Shown: positions 1 to 10,452 of the stretch, piece after piece
Layout: each line of letters starts with the position of its first letter
Numbering within the stretch: position 1 is the first letter of the stretch
Source of the DNA: Pristiophorus japonicus
Taxonomy: Eukaryota
Assembly: GCF_044704955.1 (NCBI RefSeq)
Contig: NC_091998.1
Location: 62,248,001 to 62,312,000 of the forward strand
Reading direction: 5' to 3'
DNA length: 64,000 nt
Notes under the pieces: model-generated
Told to the model about the DNA's origin: nothing
Databases searched by the model: none
Seen by the model: only the letters and a program-made list of their open reading frames with translations
Translations under genes and position numbers: made by a program

Positions 1-21
1 CCATCTACTTAGCCTCCCACT

Positions 22-924
22 ATCTTCACCGCGGCGTACAAAAGCATGGGCCTTACACTAAACATCTGTAAGACAAAGGTCCTCCTGACCCCGTTACACA
101 GCACTGCCCCCAGTCATCAGGATCCATGGTACGGCCCTGGACAACGTGGACCACTTTCCATACCTCAGGAACCTATTATCAGCAAGGGCAGACATCGACG
201 ACGCGATTCAACGCCTCCTCCAGTGCACCAGCGCAGTCTTCGGCCGCCTGAGGAAGAGAGTGTTCGAAGATCAGGTCCTCAAATCTGACACCAAACTTAT
301 GGTCTCCAGGGCTGTAGTGATACCCGCCCTCCTGTATGGCTCAGAGACATGGACCATATACAGTACACACTTCAAATCGCTGGAGAAATACCACCAACGA
401 TGCCGTCGCAAGATCCTTCAAATCCCCTGAGAGGACAGACGCACCAACGTCCGTATTCTCGATCAGGCCAACATCCCCAGCATTGAAGCACTCGACCAGC
501 TCCGTTGGGCGGACCACATTGTTCGCATGCCCGACACAAGACTCCTAAAGCAAGCGCTCTACTCGGAACTCCTACACAGCAAGCGAGCCCAAGGTGTGCA
601 GAGGAAACGTTTCAAGGACACCCTCAAAGCCTCCTTGCTTAAGTGCAACCAACATTTGGGAGTCCCTGGCCAAAGACCGCCCTAAGTGGAGGAAGAGCAT
701 CCGGGAGGGCGCTGAGCACCTCAAGTCTCGTCGCCGAGAGCATGCAGTGGAAGGAGCGTGCGGCAAACCAGATGCCCCACCCACCCTTTCCTCCAATGAC
801 TATCTGTCCCACTTGAGACAGACTGTAATTCCCGTCTTGGGCTGTGCAGCCACCTGAGAACTCACTTTTAGAGTGGAAGCAAGTCGTCTTCGATTTCGAG
901 GCACTGCCTATGATGATGATGATG
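22..924 (+). mobile_element. RTE-clade LINE, 5'-truncated 3' fragment (RT C-terminus, 3' tail)
   Basis: Frames give HFPYL..LS, LLYGSETWT and KQALYSELL..KR, typical of the RTE RT C-terminus. Ends in GTGGAAGCAAGTC...GCCTA(TGA)n. Frameshifts and stops present. Confidence 0.85.
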
Positions 925-1076
925 GTGATAACTGAAAAATACTAGAGTTCAGAATCAAGCACACTTCAGCAGTGAGACATTGGATAACATCACCATGTTC
1001 ATTTTTTTTTGCACTGCATTCCTCACACTTCAAATTGAGAACTGTCTCATTTGTTATTGACTAATACTTCTATTGT

Positions 1077-1816
1077 TTAATCATAGAATCATATAAATTT
1101 ACAGCACAGAATGAGGCCATTTGGCCCATCGTGTCCATGCCGACCAACAAAGAGCTATCCAGCCCAATCCTTACGGCACTTCAAGTGCATTTCCAAATAC
1201 TTTTTAAATGTGGTGAGGGTTCCCCACCACCCTCTGGGTGAAAACATTTTCCCTCAAATCCCCTCTAAACCTCCTACCAATTACTTTAAATCGATGCCCC
1301 CTGGTTGTTGCGCCTTCTGCTAAGGGAAATAGGTCCTTCCTATCCACTCTATCCAGGCCCCTCATAATTGTGTACACCTCAATCAGGTCTCCCTTCAGTC
1401 TCCTCTGTTCCAGAGAAAACAACCCCAGCCTATCCAATCTTTCCTCACAGCTAAAATTCTCCAGTCCAGGTACCACCCTCGTCAAACTCATCTGTACCCT
1501 CTCTAGTGCAATCACATCTTTCCTGTAATGATCAGAACTGCACGCAGTACTCTAGCTGTGGCCTAACTAGTGTTTTATACAGTTCAAGCATAAGCTCCCT
1601 GCTCTTATAATCTATGCCTCGGCTTATCCTGTATGCCTTCTTAACCACCTTATCTATCTGTCCTGCTATCTTCAGGGATCTGTGGACATGCACTCAAAGG
1701 TCTCTCTGCTCCTCTACACTTCTCGGTGTCCTACCATTTATTGCCTTGTTAGCCCTCTCCAAATGCATTACCTCACAATTCTCTGGATTGAATTCCATTT
1801 ATCACTGTCCAGTTCA
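1077..1816 (-). mobile_element. CR1 LINE 3' end (segment 1 of a CR1 interrupted by RTE and Harbinger insertions)
   Basis: ORF 1204-1515(-) ERLDRLGLFSLEQRRLKGDLIEVY..RGH..FTQRVV is the CR1 ORF2 C-terminus. The 3' hairpin tail lies at about 1080-1135. Confidence 0.85.
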
Positions 1817-1817
1817 T

Positions 1818-2703
1818 TTATCATTATCATAGGCAGTCCCTTGGAATCGAGGAAGATTTGCTTCCATTCTTAAAATGAGTCCTTAGGTGGCTGAACAGTC
1901 GAATACGAGAACCACAGTCCCTGTCACAGATGAGACAGATAGTCGTTGAGGAAAGGGGTGGGTGGGACAGGTTTGCCGCATGCTCCTTCCGCTGCCTGCG
2001 CTTGATTCCTGCATGCTCTCGGCGATGAGACTCGAGGTGCTCAGCGCCCTCCCGGATGCACTTCCTCCACTTAGGGCGGTCTTTGGCCAGGGACTCCCAG
2101 GTGTCGGTGGGGATGTTGCACTTTATCAGGGCGGCTTTGCGGGTGTCCTTGTAATGTTTCCTCTGCCCACCTTTGGCTCGCTTGCCGTGAAGGAGTTCTG
2201 AGTAGAGCGCTTGCTTTGGGAGTCTTGTATCTGGCATGCGAACAATGTGGCCTGCCCAACGGAGCTGGTCAAGTGTGGTCAGTGCTTCAATGTGGGGATG
2301 TTGGCCTGGTCGAGGATGCTAATGTTGGTGCGTCTGTCCTCCCTGGGGATTTGTAGGATCTTGCGGAGACATCATTGCTGGTATTTCTCCAACGACTTGA
2401 GGCGTCTACTGTACATGGTCCATGTCTCTGAGCCATGCAGGAGGGCGGGTATTACTACAGTCCTGTAGACCATGAGCTTGATAGCAGTTTTGAGGGCCTG
2501 GTCTTCAAACACTCTTCCTCAGGCGGCTGAAGGCTGCGCTGGCGTACTGGAGACGGTGTTGAATCTCGTCGTCAATGTCTGTTCTTGTTGATGAGAGGCT
2601 CCCGAGGTATGGGAAATGGTCCACATTGTCCAGGGACTGGGGTCGGCGAGGACTGGCTGTGGTGGAGGACCTTTGTCTTACGGATGTTTAGCATAAGGCC
2701 CAT
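1818..2703 (-). mobile_element. RTE-clade LINE 3' fragment inserted in CR1
   Basis: ORF 1827-2237(-) MPDTRLPKQALYSELLHGKRAKGGQRK...CLICDRDCGSRIRLFSH, with a (TGA)n-type tail at about 1820. Confidence 0.85.
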
Positions 2704-3823
2704 TGATATCTTCCTGCATCTACAGCTTTCTTCTTCATTATCAACCACACGGCCAATTTTTGCTGTCTGCAAACTTCTTAATCATAGCCCCCTACATTCA
2801 AGTCGAAATCATTGATACATACCACAAAAAGCAAGAGACTGAGCCCTACGGAATCCCACTGGAAACAGCCTTCCAGTCCCAAAAACGACCATCACCCTTT
2901 GCTTCCTGCCTCTGAGCCAATTTTGGATCCAACTTGCCACTTTGCCCTGGATCCCACGGGCTTTTATTTTCGTGACTAGTTTGTCATGTGGGACCTTATC
3001 AAAAGTCTTGCTAAAATCCATATACGCTACATCAAACGCACTATCCTCATCAACCTTCCTTGTTACCTCCTCAAAATTCAATCAAGTTAGTCAGATATGA
3101 CCTTCCCTTAACAAATCCATGCTGACTGTCCTTGATTAATCCGTGTCTTTCTAAATGAAGATTTATCCTGTCCCTCAAAATGTTTTGCAATAATTTTCCC
3201 ACCACCGAGGTTAGGTGACGGGCCTGTAATTACTCGGTATATCCCTTTGTCCCTTTTTAACCAATGCTACAAGGTTACCAGTCCTCCGGTACCACACCTA
3301 TAGCCGGAGAGGATTTGAAAATGATGGTCAGAGCCTCTGATATTTCCTCGTGCTTCTCTTAACAGCCTGGGATATTTTCATCCAGGCCTAGGGATTTATC
3401 CATTTTCAAAGATGCTAAACCCCTTAATACTTCCTCCCTCTCTAAGTTTATTTAATCTATTATTTCACACTCCACCTCTCTGATTGCGATGTCTGCATCG
3501 CTCCTCTCTGTTATGAAAACAGATGCAAAGTATTCATTAAGAACCATACCCACATCTTCTGCCTCCACACACAGATTACCTTTATGGTCTCTAATAGGAC
3601 CTACTCTTTATTTGGTTATCCTCTTGCTCTTAATGTATTTATAAATCATCTTTGGGTTTTCCTTGATTTTACTTGCCAAAATGTTTTCATGCTCCCTCTT
3701 TCTTTTCCTAATTTCCTTTTAAATTGTACCCCTGCACTTTCTGTACTTCTCTAGGGTTTCTGCAGTATTGAGCCCTCGGTATCTGTCATCAGCCTCCCTT
3801 TTTTTCTTTATCCTACTCTGTAT
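2704..3823 (-). mobile_element. CR1 LINE RT region (segment 2; resumes at about 9565-9730 after the Harbinger element)
   Basis: ORF 2809-3081(-) contains DVAYMDFSKTFDKVPH (RT motif). The sequence joins the 9565-9730 CR1 piece across the Harbinger insertion. Confidence 0.8.
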
Positions 3824-4589
3824 GGACTCAATTTTCTCGTGATTTGCACCGTTTTTTTGGCGTGCGCCGCTTTTTTTGCATAAATTTAAAAAATGTAAGT
3901 TTCCCCAAGAAATGTGCGCCAGCGTAACTCAATTGGTTACAATTTTTTTAGGTTCGTTTTTTGCATCATGGGGGCGTAACTTGATGTCTGCGCCAGTTTT
4001 TGTTAATTATGGAAGTTTGCCCCCCAAAAATTTCTCCTAGATCGGCGTATGTGACCACTCCCGAAAAACCCTCTGGTGAGTTAAGAAAAAGCAGCATGCA
4101 TTGAAAAATCGGCACAGAAAGACGCTATTGTTTTTCAGCTAGCAAAGTTTTGGAGGGAGTCAAGAAGACTTAAATATGCATAATAAAGATTAAATTATTT
4201 TACCTTATAACACAGTAAATGGAAGTTTGATGGAATTTTTTTTCATATTTTTTCATATTTTTTCAACCGACACCCCAACACCGAACGTCTGCAAACGTTT
4301 GCTGGAGGGTCAGAGCGCCGGCCGGCAGAATCGGTCCCGCGCCTGGACACGGGCTCGGGGCTCGATTGCAAAAGAAGCCCAGGGGGGTGGAGGTGGGGGG
4401 ATGTGGAAGACGATCGGAAGGCATCAGAAGCCTGCACTACCCATCAAACCAAGCCCGGGTGGGTGGGGGGCTGTGGAAGGCGGTCGGAGGGCATCGCAAG
4501 ACTGCACTATGCATCAAATGTAGCCCGGGGTGGGTGGGGGCTCCCGATCACTGCGCTTGCTCAGACCTGGATGTGGTCCATACAGACCA

Positions 4590-7150
4590 GTGGGGAGATG
4601 GGCAAGAAGTCTTACCCACGTCCGGTATATCGAGACGCGTTCGTGAAGACAAACGTAGCTCCCTTGCAGTCAGATTCAGGTGAATTTATAATGGGGAACA
4701 AAGAAATGGCAGACTAATTGAACCAATACTTCGGTTCTGTCTTCACGAAAGAAGACACAAATAACCTTCTGAATGTACTAGGGGACAGTGGGTCTAGTGA
4801 GAAGGAGGAACTGAAGGATATCCTTATTAGGCGGTAAATTGTGTTCTGGAAATTGATGGGATTGAAGGCCGATAAATCCCCGGGGCCTGATAGTCTGCAT
4901 CCCAGAGTACTTAAGGAAGTGGCCCTAGAAATAGTGGATGCATTGGTGATCATTTTCCAACAGTCGATCGACTCTGGATCAGTTCCTATGGACTGGAGGG
5001 TAGCTAATGTAACACCACTTTTTAAAGAAGGAAGGAGAGAAAAAATGGGTAATTATAGACCGGTTAGCCTGACATCGGTAGTGGGCAAAATGTTGGAATC
5101 AATCATTAAGGATGAAATAGCAGTGCATTTGGAAAGCAGTGACAGGATCGGACCAACTCAGCATGGATTTATGAAAGGGAAATCATGCTTGATGAATCTT
5201 CTGGAATTTTTTGAGGATGTAACTAGTAGAGTGGACAAGGGAGAACCAGTGGATGTGGTGTATTTGGACTTTCAAAAGGCTTTTGACAAGGTCCCGCCCA
5301 AGAGATTGGTGTGCAAAATCAAAGCGCATGGTATTGGAGGTAATGTACTGACGTGGATAGAGAACTGGTTGGCAGACAGGAAGCAGAGAGTCGGAATAAA
5401 CGGGTCCTTTTCAGAATGGCAAGCAGTGACTAGTGGAGTGCCGCAGGGCTCAGTGCTTGGTCCCCAGCTCTTTACAATATACATTAACGATTTAGATGAA
5501 GGAATTGAGTGTAATATCTCCCAAGTTTGCGGATGACACTAAACTGGGTGGCAGTGTGAGCTGTGAGGAGGACGCTGAGAGGCTGCCGGATGACTTGGAC
5601 AGGTTAGGTGAGTGGGCTAATGCATGGCAGATGCAGTATAATGTGGATAAATGTGAGGTTATCCATTTTGGGGGCAAAAACAAGAAGGCAGAATATTATC
5701 TGAATGGCGGCAGAATAGGAAAAGGGGAGGTGCAACGAGACCTGGGTGTCATGGTTCATCAGTCACTGAAAGTGAGCATGCAGATACAGCAGGCGGTGAA
5801 GAAGGCAAATGGTATGTTGGCCTTCATAGCTAGGGGATTTGAGTATAGGAGCACGGAGGTCTTAATGCAGTTGTACAGGGCCTTAGTGAGGCCTCACCTG
5901 GAATATTGTGTTTAGTTTTGGTCTCCTAATCTGAGGAAGGACGTTTTTGCTATTGAGGGAGTACAGCGAAGGTTCACCAGACTGATTCCAGGGATGGCTG
6001 GACTTCGTTTGAGGAAAGACTGGATCAACTGGGCCTTTATTCACTGGAGTTTAGAAGGATGAGAGGGGATCTCATAGAAACGTATAAGATTCTGACGGGA
6101 CTGGACAGTTTAGATGCGGGAAGAATATTCCCGATGTTGGGGAAGTCCAGAACCAGGGGACATAGTCTTAGGATAAGGGGTAGGGCCATTTAGGACTGAG
6201 ATGAGGAGAAACTTCTTCACTCAGAGTTGTTAACCTATGGAATTCCCTGCCGCAGAGAGTTGTTGATGCCAGTTCATTGGATATATTCAAGAGGGAGTTA
6301 GATATGGCCCTTATGGCTAAAGAGATCAAGGGGTATGGAGAGAAAGCAGGAAAGAGGTACTGAGGGAATGATCAGCCATGATCTTATTGAATGGCGGTGC
6401 AGGCTCGAGGGGCCGAATGGCCTACTCCTGCACCTATTTTCTATGTTTCTATGTTTACCAGCACCTAAGTGATGCAAATTGTGTCAGACGGCTGCGTTTT
6501 CGCAAAGAAGTTGTAACTCTGAGTTGGTAAAAGCAGACCTGCAACCTAGACGCATCAGGAGGACGGCTTTGTCAGTTGAAGTGAAGGTTACAGCTGCACT
6601 TTCATTCTATGCATCTGGATTGTTTCAAGCTACAACTGGGTATGTGTGCGCCATTTCTCAACATGCAACACATGTCTGCATTCAGCAGGTGACTGCTGCA
6701 CTATATGCCCGGAGGATTGACTACATAAAGTTCCCCATGACTGCCAAGGCAATGCGTGACATGGCTGTGAGCTTCTCCAGGATTTCTGGCTTCCCAATGG
6801 TACAGGGCTGCATTGAATGTACCCACATTGCCTTGCAAGCACCTTTGGAGGATTCCGAGATGTACAGGAACAGAAATGTGCAGTTCCCGTGTGACGACAT
6901 GCATTGCATCATGTGAGTTGATGCAAGCTATCCTGGAGCACCCATGGATGCGTTCATCCTTGTGTGCTGCATGCTGCATATCTTTGCCATCATGAGGCAG
7001 CAGCAGATGGTAGTAGAAGACCCACCTGAGGTGAGAGTGGCTGATGATAATGACGAGGAGGACGAGGAAGCCGTACAACTACCTGAACCCGGAGTACAGC
7101 GGTGGAGGAGGGTGGGCCTTTGCTCGAGCCTTGTGCTGGCAGCACATCCG
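4590..7150 (+). pseudogene. Harbinger transposase (HARBI1-like) pseudogene, split by a CR1 insertion
   Basis: KKSYPRPVYRD (about 4600-4636), then CR1, then HLSDANCVRRLRFRKEVV, LSVEVKVTAALSFYASG.FQ, ISQ...CIQQVTAAL and GFPMVQGCIECTHI. The catalytic IDCTH is altered to IECTH and the later DDE core appears deleted. Frameshifts present. Confidence 0.85.
4643..6456 (+). mobile_element. CR1 LINE, 5'-truncated, relatively young, inserted in the Harbinger transposase
   Basis: ORF 4841-5536 has [27 protein letters not shown] and [13 protein letters not shown] 5496-5915 has KFADDTKL. Tail GGGCCGAATGGCCTACTCCTG...(TTTCTATG)n. Confidence 0.95.
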
Positions 7151-7386
7151 TGAATGCTTTGCTGCCTGAAGGCTCAGCGGCAACTATTCCACATGGACCA
7201 TGTTTACTGTTTGGACCTGTTCTGTAATGTTGTGTTATGTTACTGGAACAAATGATGGAAATGATTCTTGTTTAAATAATGTAAATGATTCAGTTATAAT
7301 TTAAAATATATTTTATTCAAAAGTTTAACATATTTGTACTTAACTTTAATAAACATAATCTTGTATCAAACTTTAAAGTTTTCAGT

Positions 7387-7462
7387 TAAGATCACTTACA
7401 AACTCTAAGATCATTCACAAACTCTAAGATCACTTAAAAACTTTAAGATCGCTTACTAACTT
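7387..7462. repeat. 19-bp tandem repeat x4 (TAAGATCACTTACAAACTC) between the convergent Harbinger genes
   Basis: Four TAAGATC-initiated units are visible. Confidence 0.8.
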
Positions 7463-7560
7463 TTAATCTTGTAAATTTACATAACTTACAAAAAAACTTA
7501 ATTTGAGAACAGTAACAACAACAGCAAAGAAAGCTGCACCCATCTCTGCTCCACCTTATT

Positions 7561-9226
7561 CTAAGTCAGGCTGCTGCACTTGGTATTGGTGATTGCACCA
7601 CCCCTGCCCGGATTGGTACAGGGGCAATGCGCACTTCTTGATGGGCGGGGAGGGGGCAGGCAGTAATGTGGAAGGCCCGGCTTGGGCCTGAAGCTGGTCT
7701 TGGGATTGGAGTGAGAGTGGCAGTTGATTCTGTCAATGAGCGCGAGGTCTGGGCATATTCCCTTATTGCAGCAGCTAACTCCAAAATTCCCTCCCTCATG
7801 TGCCCTGACAGTGTCCCAACTACCTCCAGCATTCTCTTCCCTCATGTTTGCCGCCAGTGTCTCAACTACCTGTGACATGCCCTCCCTCATGTTGAACAAC
7901 AGTGTGTCAACTACCTGCGACATTCCCTCCCTCATGTTCACTGACAGCGCATCAGCTATCTACAACATTCCCGCCCTCGTGCACCAATATGGTTTCAGCT
8001 GACAAATATTCCCTCCCTCATGTTCCCGGACAGCGATCCCATTTCTCATGAGTGTTTTTATTTCTCCCGCCAGTCCCGATACCTGGTGTCCAGAAATGAT
8101 CACGTAAGGTCAATGCTCTCCAAACTCATTGCCATCATCTGAACCACATCTGTTAGATCCTGCATCTCAGAAGGACGTGGTTGAGCTCTCCTCCTCCTCC
8201 TCATCCTGGGTTTGGCTCACTGCACCCCACTGGAATCCCCAGCCTCGGACGGTGGGAAACCATGGACTGCCCACCAACACTCAAACCACTGCTCGGGGAA
8301 GGGGCTAGCACCTCAATGGACAGCACCTACACCTCCTCCAAAGTGAGTACAACAGGGGGACTTCATCCATCCCCTCCCCATCACCCCCATGCTCTTGGTC
8401 TGGAAGGTGGGATTGGAAGATGTTCTCCTCTTTAGGCTCGTCCTCATCTGAATCTTCTGCATCGTCAGGGTTGGCCTCAAGTTCTGCAAAATATAACAGA
8501 ACAGACAAAAGGCTAGCAGCAGAGGAGGGGGCAGGGTGGGTGGCATGAGTAGGCTCACACAGCGCAGGCAGCAGGCTCATTTGAAGTACCATGATGAATG
8601 ATAGCACATTGCATTAATTGAAGCGTAGCTGTTGGAGACATTCCCATGAACCAAAGCATGACTAGCCCGCGCAGTACTCAAAATTTAGCAAAGCCAGACA
8701 TTGGAATTTGCAGGACATACCTTCTTCCTCGAGTGTGGGCCCAGCTTGTGCAGTGGTGGTTACTTTTCTCCAGGCAGGACCCATCAAAGCAGCGACCTTC
8801 CCTTTCAAGGGTGTCAGTGGGTGCAGATTTGCCAGGCCTCCTCCTGTTCGAGTTCTTTCTTGTTTGTTGTGTACCACTTTCCTCTGCAAAGATGAAAATA
8901 TAACATTTTAGAGAGGGTGTCTGCTGGGTGGGACATATACAGCTGGTCACATTTACAATTGCAATTCCATTGAAAAATGTAAATATTACTTACACTAACT
9001 TCTTGACCAAAGTCCTGCACTTTTTGCACTGGGCTCCAGACCACGGGGTGGTCACCATTGCACAGTAATCTTCTGCACGTTGGTTCCAGCATTTCTTCAT
9101 TTCTTTGGGTGGAACTTTTATGTGACCTCTGCTGGTGTCCAGCTCCTGCCATCTGCCCTCAGTCACAGTAACTAGTGCCTCCACTTCATCCTGTAAGAAA
9201 GTATTGGCCCTTGCGTCGCGTTGCAT
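7561..9226 (-). pseudogene. Harbinger Myb/SANT-like DNA-binding protein gene, 3 exons (9226-8994, 8883-8721, 8483-about 7561), frameshifted
   Basis: Exon 1: MQRDARANTFLQDEVEALV..RW...KKCWNQ...WSGAQCKK. Exon 2: RKVVHNKQERTRTGGG, the TGGG motif typical of Harbinger/NAIF1-like Myb proteins. GT-AG boundaries present. Acidic exon 3. Confidence 0.75.
7785..8045 (-). repeat. About 45-bp coding tandem repeat (about 6 units; MREGM.QVV.TL..N-like 15-aa unit) in the Myb-like gene
   Basis: Repeated ATTCCCTCCCTCATG motifs. ORF 7561-7941 shows the NMREGMSQVV repeats. Confidence 0.75.
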
Positions 9227-10452
9227 CCTTGTATTGCAGCTCCGATTTTTCCAATGGGAATTAAAGTTCTCACACAAAACTAGCTCTTTAAAAATGGCCG
9301 ATTGCAGACCGAGAGCTCTACTGCTCATGTGCGCCAATAGGAATCACGTCAAAAACGTCCTTTTTTTTTCCACGCGTGCGCAAAAGGGGCAGCATCGTTT
9401 TTTCAGCACAGACAATAGGCTCCACCCGCCGAGGCTAGCGAACTGGCTGTGCAGCGCCAATTTTGAAGAATAGAGCAAGGAAACTTGGCACATTTATTTT
9501 TGGAGTAAAAACGGGCGTAACTCTGGCAATACACCAAAAAACGACTTTGGGCAAAATTGAACCCTCTGTCCATTGACATCTAGGGGGCTCTAGATTTGAT
9601 AGTCCCACCCTTTATCTTTAAAAGAACATACTTGCTCTGGACCCTCACAATCTCCTCCTTGAATGCCTCCCACTGCTCTGAAACTGATTTACCTTCAAGC
9701 AGATGTTTCCAGTCTACTTTGGCTAAATGCTTAGTGTGCTTGATTTTAAAAGGCATCAAGAGGTGCATTTCAAAGAGCCTATATAGTACAGTCATAGCTT
9801 GTCCTAGAAACAAGTTTAAGACCATAATTAGACTGTTTGAAAGGATTTCTATAGCTACATTATTCCTCCCAACCGTTATTCACATATATGCATTGCTCAA
9901 TTTCAGTTTTGCGTTCTCGCCCAAAAAGGACTGAGGTAACCCGTGCAAAAGTTAAAATAATATTAGCATCTCAGAACTTCACCTTTACTACTTAATTCAG
10001 CAATGATATTTATTAAATATATTAGAAAAATAAAAGTGTTACACTGAATATTTGCAAGTTGCTAGTGTGTAATAGAGCACAAGAAACAAGCAGGCATAAT
10101 TAGGTGATTGTTTCAAGTATTTACTTTTCAATTAGCGGAAAAAAGTAATGGTAACAAAAGTAAAATTGTCTGACTCCAGAATATGGCCCAGAGGTTGTGA
10201 TTGGGAAGCAGGAAACTTCTGGGTGGATTTCAGAGCTGCTTGTAAATTTGGGGAGGCTAAGGGACTGGAAGCAGTAAATAGTAGTTGTGAAGACCCGATC
10301 GTGCTGACTGGTGCTTATGCTGGCTTTGCAGTGGTTTTTGCCTATCTACAACAGATGTACAAAAAAATCCTAACTTAGGAGACCCACCGAAACATGCAGC
10401 AGGGGTCTGAAAGTATTGCAAGAACCACTAGACTGCTGATTTATGCTGGTTA

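Larger units (their letters stand above)
3824..9564. mobile_element. PIF/Harbinger DNA transposon, formerly autonomous, now decayed
   Basis: Imperfect TIRs GGACTCAATTTT (3824) and AAAATTGAACCC (9564), 3-bp flanks TAT/TCT. Contains a HARBI1-like transposase on + and a convergent Myb/SANT-like gene on -. Confidence 0.85.

Noticed and set aside
4841-5915. Active reverse transcriptase gene or novel RT system
   Set aside because: A 5'-truncated, frameshifted, ordinary CR1 ORF2. The same applies to the other RT ORFs in the window.
6479-6916. Host HARBI1 gene
   Set aside because: It is frameshifted, has an altered catalytic motif, is interrupted by CR1 and lies inside TIRs. It is a transposon copy, not the domesticated gene.
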